A stretch of DNA of 64,000 nucleotides, from positions 186,001 to 250,000 of the forward strand of contig NIVC01001546.1 of assembly GCA_002269645.1 (NCBI GenBank), given 5' to 3'. The stretch is from Macrostomum lignano. Its lineage: Eukaryota. The translations under genes were made by a program, and so were the position numbers. Under the pieces are notes generated by a model, which had not been told where the DNA came from, did no database searches, and was given only the letters and a program-made list of their open reading frames with translations. Position 1 is the stretch's first letter. Each line of letters begins with the position of its first letter. Of this stretch, positions 45,199-56,228 are shown piece after piece.

Positions 45199-45897
45199 CT
45201 TCAAGGCCACAAAATAATCATCGGCGTTTGATTGAAAGCGCCGGAACAATCTGCTCGGATTTTGATCCGGCGAGGTCGGCGAGCCGGTCCCGCTGGCTTT
45301 TGAACCTCGTCGACTCTGATTGAACGCCTCCAGCTCCTCCTGCGTTGTTTCGTGATGAAACAAGCGGTACATACCTCCGGTTGCGCCGCCAGCAGCTGAC
45401 GGTCGCCTAAGCAGTTGGGCAGGCCGACCGCCCAAGCTCGGCGTAGTCACTGTGCTGGCGTCCAACGAAAACTTTCGTCGGTTAGACGACGATATCGAAG
45501 ACATCGACTGAATAGGCTTTGCTGCCGTTTCAACAGCGCCTGGGGAAGCTTTACTTGTCACTAAAGTTTCCGAGGTCACTAGGGATCCTCTTGAAGACAG
45601 TCGCCTGTTGCGTCTCAGGTCGCAGCTGGAGACAGTGTTCAACCGACCGGCCCTGCCGATAGAGCCGTCGAAGCTCTCCGACAGGTTGTCAGTCACCAGT
45701 GGCGAATCCTCCTCAGCTAGAGTTGGCATGGGGTCCACAGAAGCAGACGGCGACACCGGCGCCGCCAGAAGACAGTGCGGCGAGTGCGGCTGCGACACCT
45801 GCGGCTGCGACGTCTGCGGCAGCTGGAGTAGTATTGGAGACTTCGCTGTGCTCGGTAGGGAAGCTGACGTGCTCGAGACAGTTGCGTACGGCTCGGG
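45199..45897 (-). CDS. Uncharacterised protein, exon 2 (699 nt, 233 codons)
   Basis: Acceptor ttttcaccttttcaag|CCC GAG CCG and donor AAG|gtgcgc, both phase 0. Open throughout: PEPYATVSSTSASLPSTAKSPILLQLPQTSQPQVSQPHSPH...NADDYFVALK. Confidence 0.68.
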
Positions 45898-46744
45898 CTT
45901 GAAAAGGTGAAAATTAATGCACTAGTTACAGCATATAAGTTCAATACCAATTTGCTTATTACTGTACTGTTAAACTATTATAAAACTATAGGCAAGATTT
46001 TGTAGAGCGCAGTCAGGTCAATTGTCAATGGCTAAACCCACCCTCGCAAAGAAACTGTTTAAAAGTCTTTACAGATATGCTGCCTCAAGCAACAGTCAAA
46101 CGAAATCAAGTAGCCACGAGGTTAATCGCCCGCTGAGAATGTCTATGGCCAAAAGATCATGAATTTATTCAATGCAAAGCTAGCAGGCGGTCAACGAAAC
46201 ACTTTACACATCCACCGAGACTGTCTATGGTAAATTCCTCACTTGACTCTAGTCCATAACTTCTATGGTCGAGATCGAATGGTCCAATATTACAAAATCA
46301 AACAGTAAAAATGGTTTTAAAACTAACCAAAAACCTGCGCGGTCTCATTCTGGACAAAGTATAGGCCTCGTAGCTGTAAGTCACCACACGGCTTTTGTGT
46401 CTGATTTATTCTTTATATATGAGTGTCAGGCAGGTATTAAAGGCCAGTTTTAAGTTAGCTAAATGGGCCATTCATGCACACACACTAACGCTGCAAGTCC
46501 ATGTACTTCTGCTGTATCAAGAAAATCCTAATCCTTTAATATAGCTACAGGAAGTGGGGCACAAGGCTAATTCATTCTCAAACAAGTAGAGCAAACTCTG
46601 AATTGCTCACAAGAAATATAGAGCATACCTTGGGACCCCGGTCTTTATAGGTAGCCACTGTATTGAAATAATTTTCGTAGCTTCGCCAGCAGTAACATCC
46701 AGTATATGACTATTAAATCTGTGTTTATTCAAATTCTATCTAGC

Positions 46745-46798
46745 TAAGATAGATAACTAGATAGATGAATAGACAGATAGATAGAGAGATAGATAGAC

Positions 46799-46856
<58 letters not shown>

Positions 46857-46956
46857 TTAGATAGATAGAGAGATAGATAGACAGATAGATAGATAGATAG
46901 AGATAGATAGATAGACAGATAGATAGATACATAGATAGATAGATAGATAGATAGAC

Positions 46957-46987
<31 letters not shown>

Positions 46988-46988
46988 C

Positions 46989-47027
<39 letters not shown>

Positions 47028-47142
47028 CAGATAGATAGATAGATAGATAGATAGAGAGATAGATAGACAGATAGATAGATAGATAGAGATAGATAGATAG
47101 ACAGATAGATAGATACATAGATAGATAGATAGATAGATAGAC

Positions 47143-47173
<31 letters not shown>

Positions 47174-47174
47174 C

Positions 47175-47209
<35 letters not shown>

Positions 47210-47222
47210 CAGATAGATAGAC

Positions 47223-47297
<75 letters not shown>

Positions 47298-47408
47298 GAG
47301 ATAGATAGATAGATAGATAGAGAGATAGATAGACAGATAGATAGATAGATAGAGATAGATAGATAGACAGATAGATAGATACATAGATAGATAGATAGAT
47401 AGATAGAC

Positions 47409-47439
<31 letters not shown>

Positions 47440-47440
47440 C

Positions 47441-47475
<35 letters not shown>

Positions 47476-47488
47476 CAGATAGATAGAC

Positions 47489-47551
<63 letters not shown>

Positions 47552-47552
47552 C

Positions 47553-47591
<39 letters not shown>

Positions 47592-47683
47592 CAGATAGAT
47601 AGACAGATAGATAGATAGATATATAATAGACAGATAGATAGATAGATAGATAGATGGATAGATAGATAGATAGATAGATAGAC

Positions 47684-47725
<42 letters not shown>

Positions 47726-47746
47726 CAGATAGATAGACAGATAGAC

Positions 47747-47808
<62 letters not shown>

Positions 47809-47829
47809 CAGATAGATAGACAGATAGAC

Positions 47830-47894
<65 letters not shown>

Positions 47895-47928
47895 GCAGAT
47901 AGATAGACAGATAGACAGATAGATAGAC

Positions 47929-47978
<50 letters not shown>

Positions 47979-47999
47979 CAGATAGATAGACAGATAGAC

Positions 48000-48073
<74 letters not shown>

Positions 48074-48094
48074 CAGATAGATAGACAGATAGAC

Positions 48095-48164
<70 letters not shown>

Positions 48165-48197
48165 CAGATAGATAGACAGATAGACAGATAGATAGAC

Positions 48198-48259
<62 letters not shown>

Positions 48260-48280
48260 CAGATAGATAGACAGATAGAC

Positions 48281-48334
<54 letters not shown>

Positions 48335-48355
48335 CAGATAGATAGACAGATAGAC

Positions 48356-48417
<62 letters not shown>

Positions 48418-48458
48418 CAGATAGATAGACAGATAGACAGATAGATAGACAGATAGAC

Positions 48459-48492
<34 letters not shown>

Positions 48493-48505
48493 CAGACAGA
48501 CAGAT
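46745..48505 (+). repeat. (GATA)n/(GACA) compound microsatellite, ~1.76 kb, in intron 1 of the uncharacterised gene
   Basis: Directly visible. Confidence 0.98.
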
Positions 48506-48607
48506 AGAAAGGCATACGAGCACGGACAGAGATTGAATAAAAAATGGACCAGAGCCAGATTTTATATAGATTTAAGAGTAGTGCAGTTTATTAAAGCAAA
48601 TTCTCAC

Positions 48608-49024
48608 CTGCACACAGACTCCTGCAGTAGACGCAGCAGCAGCCGCCCTGTCCCCATGCAGCCTGGCAAACTCTGCCATCACGGCTTCCGCATGCGCCCT
48701 GGTATGAAAGGGACTCCTGTCTGCCGGTCGGAACCTTCTAATCTCGCACTCCTCGCACAGCGCCGAACTGGACGAAGCACGACGAACTCCAGTCGTTGCA
48801 GAAGTATCTGCAGCACCGTCGCAGCTTACGTTGCTCAGCTCCTGCCAGGACCCTCGCCGATCCCCGTCGCTATAGGTTGAATAGTAAGCCGATTCTGCGG
48901 AACCGCGCCGCTCCTGATGCTGCAGAAGGTCCCGCGCGGCAGCAGCTGCCGCCACCGCTGCTGGCACATTCAGTGCCGCCCTATTAGACGGCGCATACAG
49001 ATGCTGAGGGGCTTCGGTTGTCAT
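48608..49024 (-). CDS. Uncharacterised protein, exon 1 (139 codons)
   Basis: ATG at 49024; MTTEAPQHLY...AAAAASTAGVCVQ; donor CAG|gtgaga at 48607, phase 0, compatible with exon 2. The joined product is ~550 aa. Confidence 0.68.
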
Positions 49025-49629
49025 TATAATATTATAATTAGATTGCCTATAGCTTGACGCGGTGTTTTTATCGCCAATTTCGTTGGAATTATGCTTCTTT
49101 ATATACAGCCTGCTGGTCTCTCATATCTGCTACCAGACAGCTGTTGTTTATTTGGCGCAAAATTCACGCACAGCTGTTGGTGAGGCGCAGACTCTATAGA
49201 GTGCGCGTACGAGTATAGAGAAGTATAAAAATTAAGCATTCAAAGCTTGTTTATTGGCTGAGAAGACTATATATGCACGAGTAAGTGAATATAGATGAGA
49301 TGCCAACCATTTTTATTTTTTACTGAAGTATCTCTCTGCGAAGTTTTTTTACTCCTCTGCTACTTTGCTTTTGTAGGTTTGGTTAGAAAATTGTTTTCTT
49401 TGAGTTTCATCGTTGCGTCCTGTTTACTTAAGTTTGTTTATTGCAGAGCAGTTGAGTGAATAAATAAATCCTTTATATTTGCATACACAAAATCTGATTG
49501 ACTTTCTATAATAAACGCATGTACGCGCTCGTAGATAAACTGATTGATTTTATGACACACACCGGCATGTAGGTGTCAAAAAGAATTATTGTATAACTTA
49601 TTGCAGATTGAGCTAGTGTTTCCTGTGCT

Positions 49630-49855
49630 GTGTGCATAAAGATCTGATCATCTGATTGATTGTTGCGCCCATCTGATTGACTGTGGCGCCAATCTGATCA
49701 ATTGTGGGCCTGTGGCGCCAATCTGATTGACTGTGGTGCTAATCTGATCGCTTGTGGCGCCGATTTGATCAACTGTGGCGCTAATCTGATTGACTCTGGC
49801 GCCAATCTGACTGATTGTGGCACCGATCTGATTGACTATGGGGCTAATCTGATAT
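49630..49855. repeat. Degenerate ~21-bp repeat (TGACTGTGGCGCCAATCTGAT)
   Basis: About 10 diverged units visible. Confidence 0.85.
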
Positions 49856-51108
49856 CATTGATGTCGAGCTTCCGTTAGCCTTTTGGAGTGCACCTCAGTC
49901 TTACGTTCTACTAAAGTACTTTACGTTAGATTTTAACGCTTCAATGAAGAATTTGCATGCCGTTGGCCTAAAGTGAACCCAATTCATAGAGGACGGTCTC
50001 TAGAGTAGACGGACAACTAATCGATTTACTTAAAAAAGCAAGTTCATGAACTCAACAAGCCCACGAAGCATGAATTGTTTCTTTAAAGATAAGAAAAATG
50101 AAGAGCAAGAAACGTCAGCCTGGTATTCCATGAGTGGTTTTTTAAGAGTCTGTTTAAGCTGTTCAAGATTCGTTCACATAGGCAGACAGAACGCGGTTCG
50201 CTTGTACGCAGGCTCTCGACAAGAGATATTCAACTGTTCCAGTGCTAAATTGCTTAGCAATGTTGCAGAGTAAAGACAATAGCAGCCTTTCTGGATACCC
50301 GCTGCGAAAAGAACTATCAACTGTTCTTATTTTTTCTATCTCTTAAACCAAACGAATCCCAGTCTCGGTTTAAGCTAGTCTTCTTTTGGTTTTTTTCAAA
50401 AACCTTTTTTGACCGAAAGCTTCGTAGCTCTTCTAATTAGTCTGGGCTATTTTCTCAGCGTAAATAAAAAACACACCTCGTGAGGCTGCCTTGCGCGTTA
50501 ACGGGCTGTTTTTTTATTGATCAAATATCGCGTGTTTACCTTTGCTTGCGTGCTGCATCACATGATGAACTGAGCAAACTCTTATTAGTTAGCTGTTCTG
50601 GTTAGCAAATTTAATAGATTTATGAGTATCGTTAGATAAGAGTCGTTTTTAGGCCCTATGTTTTAGCTATTCTCAATATAAATAACGAAGGACGAAACCA
50701 TTTGAGACCATCAAGATATTCAACTGACTTTTCGTTTTAAAATATCAGGAACTACAAATATAAGATAGTTATAGTTAGCTGACTAAGGTTTACACAAGCT
50801 GCTCTGGAATCTTCTAGCAAAACAATTGAAAAACTGCACTTAAGAACTACTTGTGTACCCATTTCAGCGAATATAGTTTACTATACTCCTATCGCATAAT
50901 TGCTAAATGAATTCTTAAAAAACTGTCTGAAAGAAGACTGAATTGTTGAAATTTAAATCGTTTATTACATATAGAAAACGTGATTTCATTTTATTTATTA
51001 GTAACGATAGAGATATACTTGCACTAATTAAATGCATTTAACAAATAAAAAGTTCTCAAACGGTGTCGAGTTATATAACCAAACCCAGCCCCCCTAATTT
51101 AAACACGA

Positions 51109-51351
51109 TTAAGCCTTGCGCTTTTGGGCGCTGATGTACAACACATTGTTGCCGCGAAGAAAAGCGATACCATACTTGGCCTTGAGCTGACCATTGATGT
51201 ACTCCTCGGTCTGGTCTAGCACAATATTCATAAAGCCATCCAGACAGACAAGAACGCCGCGATAGTCGACACCAGAGTTTAATTTAACAACAACCGGACG
51301 GTGGATTATTTGTTTAAGGAAATCGCTCGGCGTCTGTCGAGTGCTACTCAT
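51109..51351 (-). CDS. LSM6: U6 snRNA-associated Sm-like protein LSm6 (intronless CDS, 80 aa)
   Basis: MSSTRQTPSDFLKQIIHRPVVVKLNSGVDYRGVLVCLDGFMNIVLDQTEEYINGQLKAKYGIAFLRGNNVLYISAQKRKA is nearly identical to metazoan LSm6 (Sm1 and Sm2 motifs, RGNNVLYIS). AATAAA signals on the minus strand at ~50961-50994. Confidence 0.98.
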   Translation of the reverse strand: MSSTRQTPSDFLKQIIHRPVVVKLNSGVDYRGVLVCLDGFMNIVLDQTEEYINGQLKAKYGIAFLRGNNVLYISAQKRKA

Positions 51352-51374
51352 AGTAGGCTACGGTGGGCGATAGG

Positions 51375-51401
51375 CTGAAATAGTTAAAAAGTTAAGAAAA
51401 A
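51375..51401 (-). promoter_or_regulatory. Strong 3' splice acceptor 23 nt upstream of the LSm6 ATG (candidate SL trans-splice site)
   Basis: Minus strand tttttcttaactttttaactatttcag|cctatcgcccaccgtagcctactATG. Confidence 0.6.
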
Positions 51402-51611
51402 TGGTAGTTATTATTCTATAGAAGCCTTTCCAGTTTTCCATCTATTGCTATTAGTAAACCATAATAAGCTTGAAATGCTGCTACAGTCTGTGAATCTTTA
51501 AAAATAAGGAACTACTAATACACAAACTATTTTATACAGAAAATATATCATTTCTTAGAATCAAGTTCAACCTTGCTGACAGACAGAGATTGAACTGACG
51601 TACACTCATGT

Positions 51612-51617
51612 TTTATT
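51612..51617 (-). terminator. Candidate cyclin L polyadenylation signal (AATAAA)
   Basis: First canonical AATAAA I found on the minus strand after the cyclin L stop codon. Confidence 0.45.
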
Positions 51618-52876
51618 AAGGTTCCAACGGATGAAATGTTGTATTATTCATATCTAGTACACAGAGTTTTTATATCGTACAGGAAGGCAGTCAGCAGAAT
51701 TAAAATGTTTACATTTTTAAAAGATACTATTAGGCAGAGACACACTATACCTACTTAGAAGTAGCAATGACGGATAATTTTTTTATAAATTAGAACACAG
51801 CTTTTTTGCATCAACGTATGCAAGCCTAAAATAACAGGCAGACAATTTACATTTTCGGAATACAAGTACAACACTCAGTTAATTAATTAGCAGTTATTAC
51901 TGTGAGTAGTACGTACAACACACGCACGCCGAGTACACTGGCTTACATAGAACAAAGTTGAATTGAAGATTACACAGAATCGGAATCATTTTTTTACTTT
52001 TTGGTTAAAAAACGAAAGTAATTGTATTAACAAATTCCGCGAGAGTATAAAAACAAGGCCAATACGATTCTATTTGTTGATAAAGCAATTTTTGCGCATT
52101 TTTTCCAACGCAAACTCTTTCTGTTCTGTAGCACAGATACTAGAATAACTAGATTGGCCACTCAGGCATAATATACTTCGCAAAACAGCTTTCTACTTTC
52201 AGTTCAGTAGCAATGAAGAATACATAAGCTATTTTATAAAAATGAAGGCAGCTGAAATGACTTTGATAAGTTCAGAAGACCCAAGCTTGCAGGCGTAAAC
52301 AACTTGCTAATTGGTTCAACAATAATGTACATTAGCCAGTCCACTGAAATGTACATGGCAGCTTTAGGCTGGAATTCCGAGAAGGCAATAAAAATCGGGG
52401 CGGGGCGGTTGGAGGGTTTAAGCTGGAGGGGTAAGAGCCAATAAATGAGCCGTCTGTAAAAATACATTAAAATGCTTCTATTCAACTTACTACTGAACTG
52501 AAAGTAGCTTGCACGCAAATGTGCTGAGTGGCCCATTTAGTTATTTAGTATCTGTGGTTCTGTAGTAATTAACAATAATTATCATTGCTATTTTCGATAT
52601 TAATGGTTACAATCTGCAGATGTACATACATCGAACAAAAATGCAAACACAGTTTAGTGATACAATGGGCACGCGCATATCCTTGTCAGTAGATAAAAAT
52701 GTGTTTGTAGAAATAAGAATTTCATATTGAGACAGAGACACAGAGGACACTTCGGGCCTGTCAATTGATTACTGAAACCTTGCGCTTGTTTTTTTAGCCT
52801 CAAAATGCCAGTTTACACGCAGTTGAAGAAAACTACAGCCTCAACTCAAACAGAACTCTGTCCACCTGACGGATGT

Positions 52877-53714
52877 TTATCTCCGCCGTTTGTGAGCCGC
52901 CGGAACGCCGTAGCCGCCGCCCCCGCCGTGACCGTTTGGTCGGTCCCGGTGCCGCCGCTTCCCCCGATGCTGCTGCACGCCGCGAGAGTCTCTCTGGCCG
53001 CCGCCGCCGCCGCCGCCGCCATCGCGTCGTCGATGCCGCCGGCGTCGATCGCGGGAGAACGACCTCGACCTAGATCGCGTTCGCGACCTTGACCTTGAAC
53101 GCGACCTCGACCTCGATCGGCTATTCTCGTCAGCTTCGTCATCATAGGAGCTGCCAGCAGCTGCAGCGCCAGCGTCATTGTCGTCGGAGTCAGCGCCGCC
53201 ATTTTCGTCGTCTCCGCGGTGTCGATTTCGTCGAGAATTTTTCAACATCGACGAAGACTTTTTCGACGAAGATTTGTGCTGCTGTCGGGGAGAAAACTCG
53301 GATCGTTTCTGCGACTTGGAGTCGGCGCCGGCAGTAGATGATGAAGCAGCAACTGCCGGTGAGCTGACTCCAACAGGCGTGCCGGATGCGGAATCTGGGC
53401 CGCTAAGCTGCTGCTGTTGGCCGCTGGCGGCTCCGGCAGACTTGGCGGCAGCTTTCGCTCGGTCCATGCCTTTCTTAGCCTCGACTACAGCGGCCTCAGC
53501 TGCCGACCAGTCAATGGGCGGCCTGGCGTACAGATTCAACAGCGTGTGACAAATCTCCACAGACTGTTCGTAGGAGCAGTCCAACAGCTCCATCCAATCG
53601 TCTGGCAGCGGCACGCGCAGCTTCCTAGCCGATAACAGGATGCAGCCGCAGGCGACTTGCTCGGGACTGTATTGGCAGAACACGTGCGTTCGGAAACTGT
53701 CGTTCATGTAGTTC
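52877..53714 (-). CDS. CCNL1: Cyclin L, exon 4 (second cyclin-box half plus RS domain, terminal)
   Basis: Acceptor cattcgcag|G AAC TAC ATG; TG+G gives Trp. Encodes NYMNDSFRTHVFCQYSPEQVACGCILLSARKLRVPLPDDW...RSRSRSRSRSRTRSRSRSFSRDRRRRH...HKRRR*. Confidence 0.96.
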
Positions 53715-55064
53715 CTGCGAATGCGGACGAGAAGTTCCAATAAAATATTAAAAGGCACCGTAGAAGCAGGAATTCAAGAAATTAATTAGGAAACTTACCA
53801 AGGCAATGGATTGATATGCAAATTAGATAACCACTAGAGTCTATATTTATAAACCTGCTTCAATGTAAGCCAAATACAGTAGTGACAGATGGCTTCTACT
53901 GTTATAATTCAATAAATAGAAATGAACATACTGATAATTATAATAAATATTTTGCATTGCTACACTTGAAGGGCTGTCATCATCATATTAGAATTGATTC
54001 AAATTTCAACAAATGGTTTTACATCAATAAGCCAAGTTAGAAAACAAAAGTAAAAGAAAAAAAAACAATTAAACCTGGAATTTCTGACTGTTTGGTTTTT
54101 CTAGTAAACTAAAACACTTTAGTAGCCATTTTGTGAGCCACTGAACTTGTATATTTATTGGCAAATTGTGGTTCAATGAACAAATTTAGATTTCTAAATA
54201 ACAAAAACCATGATACGCTTAAAGATTAGGTAACCTTATTATACTGTTAACTAGTCTTAGTAGTATGGACCCGATAAAAATGGTACCTAGGCCAAGAAGC
54301 GTTCTTAGAGTCACTTAATTGCGTCGCCCCCAGGTAACACAGGTAAAACAGGAAGGGACTCTAGATGACGATTTTGCAACTCACGTGATCAGCGCTAGCG
54401 ACTCCATCGCAATCACAAGTCACCAGGAAGTTGTTCGCCAATGACTATTTAGCAATTTTGGTCACGGTAACGTTTTCAAACGGGCAAAACTTAAACCTAT
54501 TTATTTCTATGGTATATAAAGCCATAAATATTCTCTCTTTTACTCGTAAAGTTCATAATATAAATAATGTCAAAGACAAACTTAACAACAGTTGTCCAGG
54601 TGGTCCAGCACGCTTTAGACTACGGTGTGTGTTGATCTCCATTAAACCGCCTTCTGCTGCAACAAGAAAATCACCGCGCAATCAAGTGCCGCGACTGCCC
54701 TGATAAAGATATTGTATAAATCTGCTGAAAATCTTAATGCACAATATAAATCAACACGACAGGCGTAGAAGTAATAAATAAGTCACGTGTCTCGTTGTCC
54801 ATCATCAACTCGGGTGACCGTAGGGATGGTGCATTGCACAGCAGTCCGCGAGTATCACTTGTCTCTGATCTGTGTCAGGAATGCATTGCAAGCCCGGTGT
54901 TATTTAATCAAATCTTCTGACAAACGATACAAAGGCCTATAAACCGTTCGGACAGGCAGACAGGCAGTACTGCTGTTTGACAAACCTCTGACGACAAGAC
55001 TCTCGGAATTATCCTGGCTCGCTACCCTCCGTGGGTAATTAATTAACCTCTGGTGTACTTATTT

Positions 55065-55590
55065 AGGGCGCTGACTAACCAGGTGTACTTAATTAGGCCG
55101 CTGGCTTACATCAGGTATACCTAATTAGACCGCTGGTTTACCTCAGGTGTACTTGATTAGGCCGCTAGCTAACCTCAGGTGTACTTTATTGGGCCGCTGG
55201 CTTTAGTGGCTTACCTGAGGTGTACTTAATTAGGCCGCTAGCTAACCTCAGGTGTACTTAATTAGGCCGCCGGCTAATCACAGGTGTACTTAATTTGTCC
55301 GCTGGCTAATCACAGGTGTACTTAATTTGTCCGCTGGCTTACCTCAGGTGTTACCTAATTAGGCCGCTGGCTAACCTCAGGTGTACTTGATTAGGCCGCT
55401 GGCTAACCTCAGGTAAACCTAATTAGACCGCTGTTTCACCTCAGGTGTAGTTGGCCGCTGGCTAACCACAGGTGTACTTAATTAGGCCGCCGGCTAACCT
55501 CAGGTGTACCTAATTAGGCCGCTGGCTGACAACAGGTGTACCTAATTAGGCCGCTGGCTAACCACAGGTGTGCCTAATTAGGCCACTGGC
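55065..55590. repeat. Degenerate 32-bp minisatellite (TAACCTCAGGTGTACTTAATTAGGCCGCTGGC) in cyclin L intron 3
   Basis: About 16 units visible. Confidence 0.92.
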
Positions 55591-55841
55591 TAACATTCTG
55601 GGCACCCACAGATCCCGGTTGGATACCAACTAATCTTACGGCCATCAAGCAGAACTCAAGCACACAAATGAAGGCTGGTTAATAAAAAAATTGAACAGTA
55701 AAATGATATAAGGATACGGCTAACCAACCAACCAACCAATCGGACCGCAACGCAAACGCCACGCCACGGCTGAGCGAGCTTCATTTGGTAGCGACCGATC
55801 AGATGACTGACTGACTGACAGATGCTGCTGCGGCCGCTGAC

Positions 55842-55897
55842 CTCACTCGCTGCTGCAGGCTGAGCAGTGCTCTCATTGGCTTAGAGATCGCATAGAT
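55842..55897 (-). other. Candidate poison exon / cryptic acceptor in cyclin L intron 3
   Basis: Branch point CTAAC at 55971-55967, long polypyrimidine tract, first AG at 55899-55898. Exon 3 TG plus the first base A gives TGA. The donor is uncertain (55846 or 55841, or further downstream). Confidence 0.55.
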
Positions 55898-56228
55898 CTG
55901 AGCCGAGGATTGAGTAGTATCGAAGTGGGAGGGGGAGAAAGAGAAAGGCAAAAGGGGGAGAGTACGGTTAGAATTATGCTCGACAACTGCATTTATATTG
56001 ATTATTCTTCAAGCGGCTTGCGTTTGCAGTTATAAAAAATGTTATTTGATCTTCTAGAGACTTCCAGCTTCTTACATTTTAGAGATCGACAGTGTATCTA
56101 CTAAAGTGATGTACAGCCAGCCCTTCAAGATGTAGCAAAAATAACAAAATAATGAACGTAGTAATAAAACGCTGAAATTGTTTCTTCGAATTTCTTCGAA
56201 TGTCATTTTAGCTGTCTGTGGGGCAGTC

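Noticed and set aside
52805-53635. Plus-strand and alternative-frame ORFs over cyclin L exon 4 (likewise over 44215-45910 and 48533-48987)
   Set aside because: Antisense shadows of GC-rich coding exons.
54380-54810. Possible intronic box C/D snoRNA (TGATGA on the minus strand near 54805)
   Set aside because: No box D (CTGA) or terminal stem at a plausible distance.
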